Translations under genes and position numbers: made by a program
The notes under the pieces: model-generated
What the model was told of the DNA's origin: nothing
Database searches by the model: none
Seen by the model: the letters and a program-made list of their open reading frames with translations, nothing else
Shown: positions 37,555 through 52,009 of the stretch, in pieces
Numbering within the stretch: the first letter of the stretch is position 1
Layout of the letters: every line of letters begins with the position of its first letter
Source: Anolis carolinensis
Lineage: Eukaryota
DNA length: 64,000 bases
Assembly: GCF_035594765.1 (NCBI RefSeq)
Contig: NC_085843.1
Location: forward strand, 173,205,971-173,269,970
Reading direction: 5' to 3'

Positions 37555-40258
37555 ATCATAATTTCTATGCTGCCCTTCTCACCCGAAGGGACTCAGGGTG
37601 GCTCACAATCTGGCAAAATTCAATGCCGGTATACAGTACAAAAGATAAGCAATCACCTAAAAACATTCTGTAAAATACACATACTAAAACATATTTCTAC
37701 AAAATACACATTAAAATACACAGTACAATGGTTAAACATAAGATGTAAATTTAAAAATTGTAATTAAAACTGGCTGGGTAGGCTTACTGGAAGGGATAGG
37801 TCTTCAAACGTGTTTTAAATTCTGATCTAGCTGTTGGAGCTCTTCTGGCAGGTCATGCCACAGTCTTGAAGTGGACAAAGAAAAGGCCACCTGGGTGACA
37901 GTTGCTAATTGGATTCTGGCAGGCTGGAGTGCCCCCCACCAAAAGAAAAAAAGACCTAAATGTTCAGGGTGGATTGTACAGGAGAAGGCGATCCTGTAGG
38001 TAACCTGGACTCAAAACCACATATGGCTTTCAAGGTCCAACCCAATGCTTTGTACTTTGCCCAGAAACTAGTTGGCAACTGGTGGAATGACTTTAGAATG
38101 GGTGTAATATGTTCACTCCTGCATGCTCCTGTAACCAATCTGGCTGCCATATGTTGAACCAATTGAGTTTCTGAATTTGGTACAAAGGTAGCCCAATGTA
38201 AAGTGCATTGCAGAAGTCCAATGTTGAGGTTATCAACCCATGCACTATCATCTTTAAGTCCTCCAAATCTAGGAATGGTGCAGCTGGCATATCAGCCAAT
38301 GCTGATAGTAACCACTCTTGACCGTCACATCTACCTGGGCTGACATTTGGAGACGGATCCAGAAGTACTCCAAAGCTGTGAACACAGTCATTCAGGGAGA
38401 GTGTAACTCCATCCAGGACAGGTTGACATACCTCCACCCCCCAGATTAGGACCCTTGATGGCAAGCACCTCTGTTTTGTCTGGATTCAATTTCAATTAGT
38501 TTTTCCTCATCCAACCCATTACCTCTTCCAGGCATATATTCAGAGGAGACATGCTATCCTTGGCTGAAGCTGTTTTTGAAGGCATGGGAAATATATATTT
38601 GGGTGTCATCAGCATACTGATAAAACCCTGCCCCATGTCTATGGATGATCTCTCCCAGTGGTTTCATGTCAATATTTAAAAGCATTAGGGATAGAATGAT
38701 ACCTTGTGGGGTGCCATATAATAGCTCCCTTTTTGAAGAGCAGCACTGCCCAAGCACTGGCTTCTGAAACCTGCCTGAGAGGTATGACCAGAACCACTGT
38801 AGCACAATACCTCCAACCCCCCTCCCCTCAGGCCCTGCATTCCAGAAGGTGAATAATAATAATTTATTTATAGGCCGCCTGTCTCACTGAGGGGACACAG
38901 GGCAGCTATCATGGTCAATGTCATCAACAGTTGCTGAGAGGTCTAGAAGTGCCAATAGAGACCCATACCCCTTTTCAGTGTTAAGACGGAGATCATCCAT
39001 TAAGGCAACCAAAGCACTCTCAACTCCATATCCTGCTCTGAGCTTTGACAGAATTGCCTGCTGAGGTGACAGAAAAATCCCCAAGAATCATCAGGAATCC
39101 ATCTGGTTCCATAAGCCTTCTGGGCTGAACCATTTTATTTGGTCCCCCACCCCTGAAGAGGTTTGAAGTCCCAGTGAGTGATTAGTCCATGACAACAGAA
39201 CTGTAACCAGTTCCTCCACACCACCATCACCATCATCCCATCCTGCACAGAAAATAAGGTCTAAAGTGTACCCAGCAGCACAGATAGGGTAAGACACCAC
39301 TTAGGTCAGACCCATGGTTTTCATGGAGGCCATGAAGTCCTGAGCCACTCCTGACAGGGCAGTCTCATTATTTATTTATTTATTTACAGTATTTATATTC
39401 CGCCCTTCTAACCCCGAAGGGGACTCAGGGCAGATTACAATGAACACATATATGGCAAACATTCAATGGCAACAGACAAACAACATATATAGACAGACAC
39501 AGAGGCATTTAACATTTTTTCCAGCTTCACGATACCGACCACAGGGGGAGCTGTTGCTTCACTGTCCAGTAGTGGCTGTACTTCCTCATTCCATTCCTCG
39601 TGTTTTGCTGGCAGTTTTATGATGTTGTAAATTAGTTAAATTAGCCTCCCGCATAAAGCGTACCTAAATTTCCCTAATTGACAGATGCAACTGTCTTTCG
39701 GGGCTGCATAGGTCAACAGCAAGCCGGGCTATTTAATGGTCGGGGGCTTAACCCGACCCGGGCTTCGAACTCATGACCTCTCAGTCAGTAGTGATTTATT
39801 GCAGCTGGTTACTAGCCAGCTGCGCCACAGCCTGGCCCTGTTGAAGTATGGATGTTGAAGTCTCCTAGCACCATTAGCCATTGAGACTCCAACTCCAACC
39901 CCGAGATCACCCCAGCTAGCTCAGGAAGGGAGACTGTTGAGCAGTAGGGTTGGCAGTACACCATCAGAATCCCTATTCTGTCCCTGTTACCCACTTTTAG
40001 GTAAATACACTCAAATGCTGCTGACTGTGGAATGGGGAACATGGTCAGGGGGATGGAATCATGATAGACCACTGCAACTCCACTCCCCCCCTTCCACTGT
40101 ACAGAGAATCCTGGTGGGCAGAGCTGAAAGAGATTAATCCCCCCAGTCTCATCCAGTCAGGTCTCTGTGATACAGACCAGGTCAGTATGCTAGTCCAGAA
40201 TTAAGTCCTGCACGGCTGTTGTTTTTCCATTTAGTGACCTGGCATTCATCAGCAGCCT
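37555..40258 (-). mobile_element. Decayed long L2 LINE (APE and RT), interrupted by SINE2
   Basis: APE motifs NARSLNGK, CITET and VLGDFNIH; RT motifs LLDLSA..DIDH, GTPQG.ILS and YADDTQIY; C-terminal LDFCNALYIGLP and HITPILK. Confidence 0.88.
39368..39838 (-). mobile_element. Anolis SINE2-like SINE nested in L2
   Basis: Same head and tail as 24501-24952. L2 coding sequence resumes on both sides. Confidence 0.88.
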
Positions 40259-41639
40259 TTTCAACCTAATAAACCTGTATCAAATTATTCTTCTACTAAA
40301 TATGAAAATGAATGCATTTCTGTTTCATCTTGAAAACTCTTTTTCATGGCTATGAGCCAAAAAAACATCCAGCATTTTTCTTTGAAAGCACTAACTGTTG
40401 TGCCATGAGCTATAAGGTCTAATTAACGGGACTATATCTCTTTAGTGATACTCTCAGCAGTAATTGATACATTTAAGGTGTCTTTTTATTTTCATTCATA
40501 GAAGTGGCAGAAAAACATGTTGATTGATAATAGCAACTTTTTTCACAGTTTTAAATGAAAAAAAGCAAAAAAAAAAAAAGCTGTTTTCATTCTTGAAGAA
40601 AATACACATATTGCTGATAGCCCTAGGTGTTTGTGGGTGTTTGAAATGTTATCCCTTTCAAAATTATTAAGCACATCTTTGAAAGCAGATAAACTCTCAT
40701 TAGACTGGACATACATGTTATCTTTTAGACCTCAGCACTTGGATGGTGTGGTCAAGATACCTGCCCTACACAGGTTTTCTGGATTTCAAGCTGACCCAGT
40801 ATTCCAATAGCAAGATCAGCGTGACATGGACTACTGTCCTTTCTAATTAATCATTTGTATTTGAGCCCATCTACTTTCAAGAGGTATCCACTATCCACCC
40901 CTTATCTTTTCTTTGGTATATTCCCACTCCTTTCTTTGGCACGTGGTGTCATTTTTTAAGCATCTGGGCAAAGCAACAATCCTCTTTCTGTTTTTATTGT
41001 CCATATTGCTTATTATTACTGTTGGTAAATATGCTTGCTCTCATGGCAGGGATATTAAGCAAGGTAAGAAGAGTAGTTATTTCTTTGGTGTTTGGCTTAA
41101 TTGCCTCTCTGTGATCTGCACGGGTGGCCAAATGACCTCAACTTAACTTCCAGCTTTGTTCATCCCTTTTGAGTCATTATTTTCTCCATTCCAAATTGCC
41201 ACGCTTTTCTTTCTTCTTGTATAGATGTTGCTAATGCAATGCACAGAATGCTAAGAGCCTTCAGTTCTGGGAATTGTGCTGTGTTTATGGCTTTGTGAAA
41301 AACATGACCATGACATACTTTTAGGAAAAATATGATCCTGAAGGTTTAGAGATGGTAACAATTATTATTAATCTTTTATTTCAACAATACTGTCAACCCT
41401 CTTTAGTCAAAACTCAAACAAATCTACTTTGCTCACATTCTTTTTTTATTCTTATTCTTTCTACAACTTTACCCCACAATCCCTCTATATTTTCTTTTTA
41501 TAGAATCATTGAGTTGTAAGAGACTTTAAGAGTCATCCACTCCATCTCTAAGTTAATGCAGAAATCTTTTACTAACATGCCCCCATGAAGTACCCATCCA
41601 ACTTCTCTTTCAAAACCTTCAATTAGGATATTTGTCCTT

Positions 41640-41847
41640 AGGTAAAGGTTTTCCCTGACGTTAGGTCCAGTCATGTCTGACTCTGGGGGTTGGTGCTCAA
41701 CTCCATTTCTAAGCCAAAGAGCCGGCGTTGTCTGTAGACACCTCCAAGGTCATGTGCCAGCATGACTGCATGGAGCGCCATTACCTTCCCGCTGGAGCAG
41801 TACCTATTGATCTACTCACATTGGGATGTTTTCGAACTGCTAGGTTG
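41640..41847 (-). mobile_element. Sauria SINE, 5'-truncated
   Basis: AGGTAAAGG tail and the TACCTATTGATCTACTCACATT..TTTTCGAACTGCTAGG core shared with the other copies. Confidence 0.9.
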
Positions 41848-42399
41848 TTTGTCCTTATGTTAATATATACGCTGTATTTTCTTGTAATTTGAACTAATTG
41901 GTTCAGTCCCTATTCTTTGGATCAGCCAAAAACAACTTACCTCTATCTTCCACATGGCAGCACTTCGGGTGTTTGAAGATAGCTATCATATCACCTCTCA
42001 AGAATTCATCCTCCAGTCTGAATCCCTCTCCCTCCTACACTTATTAACTGTAAATTTGTTAGATCTGGCTAGATTGGCATAGGGTCATTTGGTCCTCTAG
42101 CTTATGCTGTGCTGTAATTCCCAGATTTCTTTACTATTACGTATGGAGACTAATGGCCATTTTCACTTAGGAAGAAAAAAATGTATTTACCTCAAAGCCA
42201 ATGTTAGTTGACCCAATGACATTCACCAACTTCTACTGAGCATCAGAGGTTTTCTTGTTCTACTCTGATTTTGTCCCACTTTTGGCAAGGTTGGGGGATA
42301 TGCTGAGGTTTGTTGGAAACTCCAGAGTATCCCAAGGTTTTTTGTAGTCTGGACAACTGAGTCAGGTCTGATTCAGCCTAATTTGTTTTTCCAAATGGG

Positions 42400-43810
42400 T
42401 ACCAAGCCATCACACTTTGCCACCCAACCACCGAAATAAAGAGACAGCAAGACGACGTGGGTTAAACTATGGGCAACTTTCACTAATTAAACTTTGGAAT
42501 TTGCAGATAATTTTAAAGTGTGGCATGAACTTGGTGTGGATAAAGCCGAGGCGGTGGCCCTCTTGGCTTACCCCTTGGCTACTTTGAGCAAAACACCTGT
42601 GTCCCCTGTTGCAATAACCCTGGGCAACCATTAAGGGAAACATAATAAAGAAATCTGCCCCAAAGGATTTGTTGAGGCCAGAGTCTCCTGTTCCTAGGAC
42701 ATTTCCGTTCACCCTCATCTTGGCTATTTTAACCACAGGTGAGGGTTCTCATTCTTGGCCTACACACAAAAGGGGATGCCTTGGGTGTACACCATAGAAT
42801 CATAGAATAGTAGAGTTGGAAGAGACCTCATGGGCCATCCAGTCCAACCTCCTGCCAAGAAGTAGGAAATCACATTCAAAGCACCCCCGACATATGGCCA
42901 TCCAGCCTCTGCTTAAAAGCCTCCAAAGAAGGAGCCTCCACCACAGGAGAGAGTTCCACTGCCGAACAGCTCTCACAGTGAGGAAGTTCTTCCTGATGTT
43001 CAGGTGGAATCTCCTTTCCTGTAGTTTGAAGCCATTGTCCCACGTCCTAGTCTCCAGGGTGGCAGAAAACAAGCATGCTCCCTCCTCCCTATGACTTCCC
43101 CTCACATATTTATACATGGCTATCATGTCTCCTTTCAGCCTTCTCTTCTGCAGGCTAAACATGCCTAGTTCTTTAAGACGCTCCTCATAGGGCCTGTTCT
43201 CCAGATCCTTGATCATTTTAGTTGCCCTCCTCTGGACACTTTCCAGCTTGTCAACATCTCCCTTCAATTGTGGTGCCCAGAATTGGACACAGTATTCCAG
43301 GTGCGGTCTGACCAAGGCAGAATCCTTTGCTGTTTTCCAGTATGCCTGTTTTAAGCCATACCTTTCCAATTTGCCCTCCTCATACAGTATAGGGTAGGTG
43401 AAAAAACCCTGTAGAGCATGGGGGGGGGGGTTCCTACCTGACCCCGAAGGTGACCAATTTAATCATACTGTTAATGAGTGGGAAAGTGGGTCAGCATCCT
43501 GAACAGGAATGAAGAAGAGAGGAGAAATGCTAATCCTATAGCTACGCCCCTAGAAAGTAGCTCCTGCCAGAGCTACTTTCCTTCAGTTTTTTCCACAGTG
43601 GAGGAGGCAAAGCACCTCTCACTCCCCCCCCCCCCCCAGCTGTGTGGAGGGAGGAAGTTAATTTCCTTCACTCAATACTTTCTCTTCTTCTTGCTGGTCA
43701 AATTGTCCCCCACCCATTGAGACATCATAGAAATGACAGGGAATGGGTGGGTGCTTTTACAGAGCTCCATGGCTAACTTGAAGACTAGTGAAGGCAAAGG
43801 ATAATTTAAA
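42400..43810. repeat. Probable LTR-type repeat remnant interrupted by CR1
   Basis: GC-richer, non-coding, LTR-like composition on both sides of the CR1. Termini and TSD were not established. Confidence 0.3.
42793..43323 (-). mobile_element. CR1 LINE 3' fragment
   Basis: [50 protein letters not shown], with a (ATTCTATG)n end. Confidence 0.95.
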
Positions 43811-43824
43811 CAAATAACATATTT

Positions 43825-44049
43825 GGGCCGGGCTGTGGCGCAGGCTGTTGAGCAACCAGCTGCAACAAATCACTCTGACCAAGAGGTCATGAGTTCGAGG
43901 GCAGCTCGGAGCTCGTGTTTGTCTTGTCTTTGTTCTATGTTAAAGGCATTGAATGTTTGCCTTATATGTGTAATGTGATCCGCCCTGAGTCCCCTTCGGG
44001 GTGAGAAGGGCGGAATATAAATACTGCGAATAAATAAATAGATAAATAA
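43825..44049 (+). mobile_element. Anolis SINE2-like SINE, short form lacking the central body
   Basis: Head GGGCCGGGCTGTGGCGCAGG joined almost directly to the CCGCCCTGAGTCCCC..(AAAT)n tail. Confidence 0.88.
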
Positions 44050-44879
44050 TTTTTCAGAAAGAGCACCAGCAATATTGATACTGATAAAACTGTTCTTCAA
44101 AAATGAATTGTGCTTCAGGGTTAGTTCTGATTAAATGATTCAGCTGAGTTCCAAAAGTAAAACTCAGTCAAATTACTTTGCTAAAGGGCTTATCCAAAAA
44201 CAAACAAACAGACAAAACCAACCCACCTATCTCAGTAACCTTGAATAACATCCACAATGGGAAGGGGATATAGATATATTTATCTCTCATTCTCTTTTCA
44301 TAGTAAAGATAGTCACAATAATTCTTTTTATCTCTCTTGAGAGATTGTAGTATTTTGAAGATCTGCCTGGTAGATGTTTTTAACAAGCTTCAGGACTCCA
44401 GCTACCACACTTTCATATCAGGTATGGCTACATAGGCAATCTGTGCTGTCTCCTTTTTTTAAAAGTCTGGGATGAAGTCCAGTGCTGCTTGTCTGAGTAA
44501 ATTTACATGTCATGTTCTAATAAAAAAACTGCCAACTACAATTCAAACGCAGTAATCCTTGAGACAGGCAATGCATAGAAACAATCTCAGCGTCAACTTC
44601 AATTTAAAATTTCATTTTTTAAAAATGCAATTACTTTACTGTGTTGTTGAAAACCTCAAATACAACCAGTGATAAAAGGTTATAGCTGGGTTTATCAAGG
44701 CCAAAGCCAAGCTGATTGTGTAAAGCTAGACAGATCAACTAGAATGCAATTCAAGAAAAAGGCTACATGTGCTATGTTCCTCAGGTGTTTGGAAGGAGAA
44801 GGTCCTTAAGAATGTGTATTAGAAAGCACCTCTCTCTAGAGCCAGTATGCAACTCAGCAATGGAGACGCTCATCCCATT

Positions 44880-45084
44880 AAATAGACATTGCTTGTGTAA
44901 GACACGTCATGGCTTTCTTCTATTCTGATTGACCCAACAGGCAGGGCTCACAGGGAAACCCCATGCGAGCATGCAGCAGCCTCTCTGCGCACCGCATGCC
45001 CTTGCCATTATGGGCATCCAAAGAAGCTGAAGAGACTGAAAAAGCCAAAGGCAAATGGCCAAAACGAATCCATGCAGAAGTCTA
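44880..45084. repeat. Diverged relative of the right part of the hAT element at 13465-14297
   Basis: 44899-44959 matches 14075-14135 at 55/61. Weaker similarity extends to the terminus (AAAACG.AT.CATGCA). Confidence 0.65.
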
Positions 45085-46224
45085 ATATAGAAGCATTATG
45101 CCTGTTTTGTTGTCTCTGGGGCTTGAGACACAAAGAACATTCCAACAACATCTGTCTGGCTATTTTGGATATAGGGAGTAGGATACATGGCTCTTAATCT
45201 TGATCCAGTTAGAAGGCAAAGGATAGCTGCATAATAGGAGCAGGAGTGTTATACTTCTAAAGAAAAAAATTAGATGAAACAGATAAGGATTTCATCTCAC
45301 CATTTGCTTTTGGTAATCATTAACCAAAATTCACATGTTTCTTCATTTTTGAGTTGGAAATATTTTGAGACCAACATGTACAAAAATGAAATCTTCCAAT
45401 AGTATCTATTTATTTATTCATTGAACACTTGCTTCTTAAAAGTCCAAGTGTGAATACCTGTACATTTGACTTTTTTCATACTGAATTAGAGTCGACACAT
45501 TTTTATTCCTGAGAGGAATAAACATACATTATTAATAGCAGGCATTTTTCCTAGTGTGTACCAAAAGTATCAGACTATACCTTCCTTATAAATCAAAGTC
45601 ATAATTAAAGGGAAAAAGTTGGTCTGCTTAACCAAAGTTAATACAAATCTTTCCAGATTCAAATTACAGAAACTCTTTATTGGCTCTTAAATTGCTCATA
45701 ACCCCTCACCTCATAGCCTGAGGCTGTACAGTGTAAAGCAGAGAGAACATTTCTCAGCTCTTATAAGGCATTTATAATAACAGAGGAGTGAGCAATCTTT
45801 ATGTAAGAATATGCACTTGTCTTGATGGCTGGGGCAGATGAAGAACATCATGGCTATGAATTTAAAACACATGCACAGAGAGATTTACTTCTCAAGGATG
45901 TAGTGCCTGAATGACTAAATATATTTAAATACCTGCAGAAAATTCAGGGAGGTGGGACTGTTTGGTGGCAGTTCCATTTATTTATTTTTAAAAGCTAAAG
46001 GATGCAACGTCAAACAAAAATATCTATCTATCTTCTGCTGGAGTTCAGAATTACTGCATTGAATTTGAAACCAGAATATAGGTTACATACATAGTATCTG
46101 GACCTCTTTTATTCTAAGTAATGTCTATGTTAAGAGCCTACAGAGGTAGGTGGCAACTCCTGTATATCCGCAGCAAATACATGATGTGTTTTCATCCAAA
46201 CTTGAAATGAGCTTTCTAAGCTTT

Positions 46225-46600
46225 TATTAATTTCAGATCAAAAGCATTGCATAAATAACTATAAAACTGATAAAAATAGAAGGAACGCAAGCAGTTAAAT
46301 ATTTTTGGCCAAAAACAGGCAACAGCAATTACATTGTCTGTCGCTTTAAACAATTCTTCCTCTGTGCATGAGACAGAGCATTGTGGACAAGCATACATAT
46401 ACAGAGTTGCTTGTTCTGCTCCACAGTCACACAAGGTGTAGGATTCCTCCAGGTAGTGCCATATTGCTAGATTGTCTTTTGATCTTCCCACTCTGCTTCT
46501 GAGTCTGTTCAGGGACCTCCAAGTTGCCCATTTTTGGTTTTTCCCTGGAGGCAGACCCTGGTGGGGGGCCATCCAGTTGGGATTTCCTGGTTTAGCCACC
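46225..46600 (-). mobile_element. Vingi (Ingi/I group) LINE 3' fragment
   Basis: LPPG...WATWRSLNRLRSRVGRSKDNL..W...CDCGAEQ.T..MYACP...CT..EL..AT matches the Vingi C-terminal CCHC region. Confidence 0.8.
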
Positions 46601-46952
46601 CAGAGGGATACTATTGCTGTTGTTGGTGATTATGGTGATAATAATGATGAAGATAATTAATAATGGCTGGTGTGACTCAACAGGGTACTGGCCACAATTT
46701 CCCAGTTTCAGTCAGGAAAACTCATGTTTATGCATCAGATTAGGAGTGAAATTCAATGGCGAAGTTTGGATATAGTAAAACAAACACAAGATATAACAAT
46801 TTGTCAAAAGAATGTTTAAAGTAAATTAAAAATGCAGTGCAAATGAACTGAATCAAAAATCTTTATTACGATCATAGATCAGCATAAGTGGGGTACAGTC
46901 TCTCGAAACATTGTATATTAAAATCTAAAAGGCTAAAAGCTTTTAGATTTTA

Positions 46953-47265
46953 GCCCCTGTGGCGAAGTGTGTTAAAGCACTGAGCTGGAGACCAAAAGGT
47001 CCCAGGTTCAAACCCCAGGAGCGGCGTGAGCAGCTCCAGCTCCAGCTCCAGCTCCTGTCAACCTAGCAGTTCGAAAACATGCCAATGTGAGTAGATCAAT
47101 AGGTACCGCTCCAGCGGGAAGGTAACAGCGCTCCATGCAGTCATGCCAGCCACATGACCTTGGAGGTGTCTACAGACAACGGCTTAGAAATGGAGATGAG
47201 CACCAACCCCCAGAGTCAGACATGGCTGGACTTAATGTCAGGGGAAACCTTTACCTTACCTTTAC
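46953..47265 (+). mobile_element. Sauria SINE
   Basis: Box A TGGCGAAGTGTG, box B GGTTCAAACCC, core CAACCTAGCAGTTCGAAAAC and (ACCTTT)-type tail. Confidence 0.92.
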
Positions 47266-47268
47266 TAT

Positions 47269-47475
47269 AAGCTTGGAAAAAATCATGATGTTGGGGAAAA
47301 TGGAAGGAAAAAGGAAGAGAATCCGACCAAGGGCAAGATGGATGGATGGTATCCTTGAAGTGACTGGCTTGACCTTGAAGGAACTGGAGGTGGCGTCGGC
47401 CGACAGGAAGCTCTGGCGTGGGCTGGTCCATAAGCTCATGAAGAGTCTGACGCAACAAAACAAATAAACAACAAC
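47269..47475 (+). mobile_element. BovB 3' fragment abutting the Sauria SINE
   Basis: SLEKIMMLGKMEGKRKR.RPRARWMDGILEVTG, closely similar to 1356-1545, with a (CAA)n tail. Confidence 0.9.
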
Positions 47476-49549
47476 AAAAAGCAAAGGTATGCTGAAAGCT
47501 AAAGCACAAAACTATTTAGAGAAACAAAATGAACTGAATTAACAGGGCCATTGTCAAAATTAGTCACTGATCATAGAGATTAAAATTTAATTATTACTAT
47601 TTGATAGTTTTACAGTTCTCTTATGAATTGAGAAAAACTGGAAGAGGGCACACATTTATGTATATTTTAAGACATAAACAAGTATACAGACTCCTTTTCC
47701 CCTTCTCTTGCAACAATCAATACCCTTATCCTGTTTGCTTTATTTTAGTACATCAATAACTTGGATATAATTCAATCATCAAAAGGAGCAAATACACTGA
47801 CATAGCAGATTGGCATATTTGTATGTGCGGGGACAATAAAAGCATGGAAAGAAAAGAGAATTGAATTTTCATCTCGCTTTTAGGTTATTGGATTTCTCTT
47901 TGAGCAGCTAGAGATATAGTTTGCAAGTATGAAAATTTATCCTTTAAAATGTATTTTTTATCATCTTCTGCATCAATATTCTATATGATTTATGTGGGAT
48001 GTATTTCAAGGTAAAATTGTAATAATATGTTTCCATTAGGAACAGTTTACACTTAATATTCATTGATCAAATCAAAGTATTTTGTGGATTCATAGTAAAA
48101 CATTTAGGGCACGTACTGTGCAAACAGTGGGCAGCATTTTTCTTTATTAGCTTGAACAGGTTATATAAATGACAGTATTATGTAGGTATTCTCTCCTCCA
48201 CAATCTCATACAGCGGACAAAATAACTGAAGATGGAAGTATTTCAACTAGGTTTATCATTAGTAAGAATCCATCAACATGGCCAGACCTATAATAAAGAA
48301 GGAGTCAGATCATCTTGGGTGGCAATTTTGGAGTGGGGGTATGAATGAGTATTTTCTCAATGATATAGGATTTTCATTGTCATCATTGTCACTGTCATTA
48401 TCATCATCACCATCATCATTGTTTCTGTCTGCATCTTAGTATAATGAATCAATTTTAATTACTTAAACAACTTGTCATGAAAAAAACTGGCTACTGAAAA
48501 GAAATACTGAAAAATTGCAACACATCTAAAACACCATCTGTAAATAAATTAAACTATTTCTGAGAATACTTTTTACTATTATAATTATATCCCCATTAAG
48601 CTTACAAATCCTTGACATAAATTATAAATTATTTTCATTAATTTTAGCAGGTGGAAGGGGCAAATAGATGGGTGGAACCATCTACAAAAATTCTCTAGTC
48701 ACCTAAAAACCACATTCTGCCCTTAATAACTCAATGAATTTTTGCTGCCTCTTCCAGATTTTGTCCAGACCCCCAGACTTTGATTTACAACAATATTGGA
48801 AAAGAATGCAAACAATGTCTAATTTTCATCAATCCTCTTTAGATATCATGGAAACACTCCTTCTTCCCAATCTCACCACCCAAATGCCCCAAACCAGAGC
48901 CTGACATAAGGATGTGGGACAGAAAATCAATGATGATTCATAGAATGATGCGTAAGAGTTGTAGAAGATTGACTTGGTCTTATCTAGATCTGTAAACTTT
49001 TTATTTTCCCTCCTTGATATTTAATATTAATATTAATTTATTTTCTCTGTCTTTTCTCAACTAGTATGCCAGCCATCTTCCCAGTTTATTTGCCAATTCA
49101 AAATGTTTCTGTTTCACATACCTCAACTTCTTTTCAATCTCAGTAACTGTGATCATGGGAAGTTGTTCTTATAGCCATCTAATCTCATAAATCAATTCCT
49201 TGTTAGAGGGGTTCTTTTGAACTTGCTGAACTGCAAGATAAAAGCCTTCTTGATTTGAAACTGATATTCCCCTGCTCGCCTGTGCATGCTGTTCAAATCA
49301 AGTACCTCCAGACTACTTAGAAACTTAGAATAATACTTTCCTTACTCAAAGAAAGTGCAACAATTTTGTTATATAAAAACCCTTTTATAAAGACTTTACT
49401 AGCATCTCTGACCATCCTAATATCACTCTTTATTCATGTGCTCCTCGAAGAATATTTTTTACTGCATTTTTTATTCAAAAATTATTATTATTAAGTTTCC
49501 AATTAAATTAGTTTATGAAGTCTATGTAGCTCTTCACTCCGGGCCTAAA

Positions 49550-49772
49550 GTACTATGGACCCTTGGGATTTGGTTGTAGAATTCTCTGTGGATATCAAAA
49601 TCAGTATATGTTCAAGTCCCATTATATACAATGACATTGTGAAATGATGTCCTTATGAAAAATGGCAAAATCAAGATTTACAATCTGGAACTATTTTTTT
49701 TAGAAACATATTTCAAACTGTGGATTGTTTAATCTGTAGATACAGAATCCATGAATAAGAAGTGCAGGCTAT
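49550..49772. mobile_element. Old Tigger/MER2-like MITE remnant
   Basis: GTGGATATCAAAATC..GTTCAAGTCCCATTATATA and AATCTGTAGATACAGAATCCATG subterminal motifs. Confidence 0.55.
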
Positions 49773-50108
49773 ATGAAGATTTATTAAACAAAGGAGAGGA
49801 AAGATGTCCAGGTTCATATTGTCAACTTCATTTTCATAGCTAACAGTGTTAGCCTAACACCATACTTGTGACTATACAACAGAATAATAAGTAGTTGCCT
49901 AGTATCAAATCAGATCAGTGATACATCACTACAACCTGCACAACCTGCACTAACTGGTTGTTACTCTTCAAAGTATCAGAGGAAAGTCTCTTTTAGCCCT
50001 GCTTGGAAATTTTGAGAATGAATCTGAGACCCCTTCTGCATGTAAATCAGAAATGCTCATGTCTCTCCCCTCCCCAAAAAAGACTATAGAGACACAATTC
50101 TGTTTTCT

Positions 50109-50482
50109 CTAAGGCCTGTGGAATGGATACAGTCCTCCAAGGTCATTTATCCAGTCTTGCCCTAAATTTTAAACTTTGGGCCGCCCTAAGTCTGAAATGA
50201 TCTGAAGACACACAACAATATCAATCCAAACTAACTTGACTATCTTATCAGCCAAAAACAGGCCCATACTTTCAACTGAAATACTGGTAAGTTTATGTTT
50301 GTTAAAATTATTCTTCATTTTAAATATTGTATTGCTTTTTAATGCTTTTTGGCACTACAAATATTATATGTGCCGTATGTATAGGAATCTGTTCATTTTT
50401 TTTTTCCAAACTATAGTTCAGTCCCCCAATAGTCTGGGGGAAAATGAACCTGGCCTCAGCTTTAAAAGTTTGAGGACCTCTG
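50109..50482 (+). mobile_element. Non-autonomous hAT element, left end eroded
   Basis: Ends AAAAGTTTGAGGACCTCTG|CTCTAG, a Charlie-type TIR and target. Confidence 0.7.
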
Positions 50483-52009
50483 CTCTAGAGGAAGGATGGT
50501 ATGAAACTAGCAGAAACCAAAGACGATTTGCAGAGTGATGCTACATTGTGACCGGGACCCCAGAGACATTTGAAGAAAACAACTGAGCATTTGGGGAAAA
50601 ATTGGGAAAGAACTGGTTGGATACCAGTTTCTATCATATCTACAAGGATTAAGAAAGATTGACAAATGCTTTCTTCTTCTCCTAAAACATTTGGGGTAAT
50701 GTAGAAGTTCAGGAGTTTCAAGGGGAAAAGAAAAAATCCTCCTGAGGACAGCATGTGATTTTTGGGTAGCAGTTCTTGGGTAGCAGTTGGCCAGTGGAAA
50801 CACCTCGGATCATGATGAATCTGGCAGTGTCCAGTGGGGGGAGTAGGGAACCTGTCGCCCCATGTCCCACATTACTCAATTTATCCTAGATCCCATCTCA
50901 CAGGGGGGAAGTGTCCTGCCGCTCTCTCATTGAACCCATATTGCCATGGTGGGGGGCTTACGATGCTCCCTCTTCACTTGCAACACAGATTCTGACCAGA
51001 ATAAGCTCTACATTTTGGGATGGGAGCTGGTGGGCTTCACAAGACAAATGGAAGAGGAACTGGCATATGCCGCCGACTTTAAGACCATCCAATAAGGTCG
51101 ATAATGTTCTCTCTCAGAAAGGGAAATCTTAAAATTAAATAAGTGGCATGAATTCTTACACCCACTGGAATGATCTGTGCTCTTGAGGAAGGAGCCAACT
51201 ACTTAGATCTGAATCCATTTTGCCATTTAGAGTGTAAATGTGCCATATAGCATCTCTGAAGTTATTATTTTCTCTTGAAATAAGGAGAGTCCTGATGGAT
51301 ATCACATGGACAGAAGATGTGTTACCAAGCATTGCCAAGATAAATCAGGTGTGAAGAAGAGCAAATAATATGGAGGCACATAAGGTATTGGCACCCCCAT
51401 GACTGTATAGACCAGGGAGTAGTATATGGAATACCAGTATTATGTTTTTGTGAGACAAAAATGATCAAAAGTTCTATCAACAGAAGTAGATATATGGTTC
51501 TTTTGGGAGTTCTCTTTCTTTAAGCAGACTAGGAAAGGAAAATTAGCATTACTTCTTGTAGAGTGTGATTTCATCAATCATTTCTGATTGAACTTCAGAA
51601 ATGGTTTTTGATGAATCGCCATATAAATAAGTGCCTTTTGCTTTTTTTCTTTATCAGAAAACATTCAGAATGGTGATTTGCTAAAACACAGAGAATGTGA
51701 TTTCTTTGTAGTGGGGTATATTAAGGCATAAGAAGAGCTTGGAAGGTTTGGCGATTTCTGCAGAAATAATGTAAAGGCTTCTGGAGTCAAGAAAGATGGA
51801 TTGGGTCTCTTTAGGAGAGAGAAGAGGCCCTCAGCATGGGGATGTCTAGGTTGTGTCATATCTACTCAGAGACCTAACTGACAACAAAATTGGTGTAATA
51901 TCAGTGCCTCCTAATTTTCCTTGTTCTCACTGTCATTCAGAAGGACAGGTATATTTCTTATATGTTCTTCTTTGTTTTCACCTCTCCCCTCCATGTATAT
52001 GGTTAGTGG

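Noticed and set aside
44899-44959. Duplicated 61-bp block as a paralogous exon or ncRNA gene
   Set aside because: One copy lies inside a TIR- and TSD-bounded hAT element and homology extends to its terminus; there is no shared ORF.
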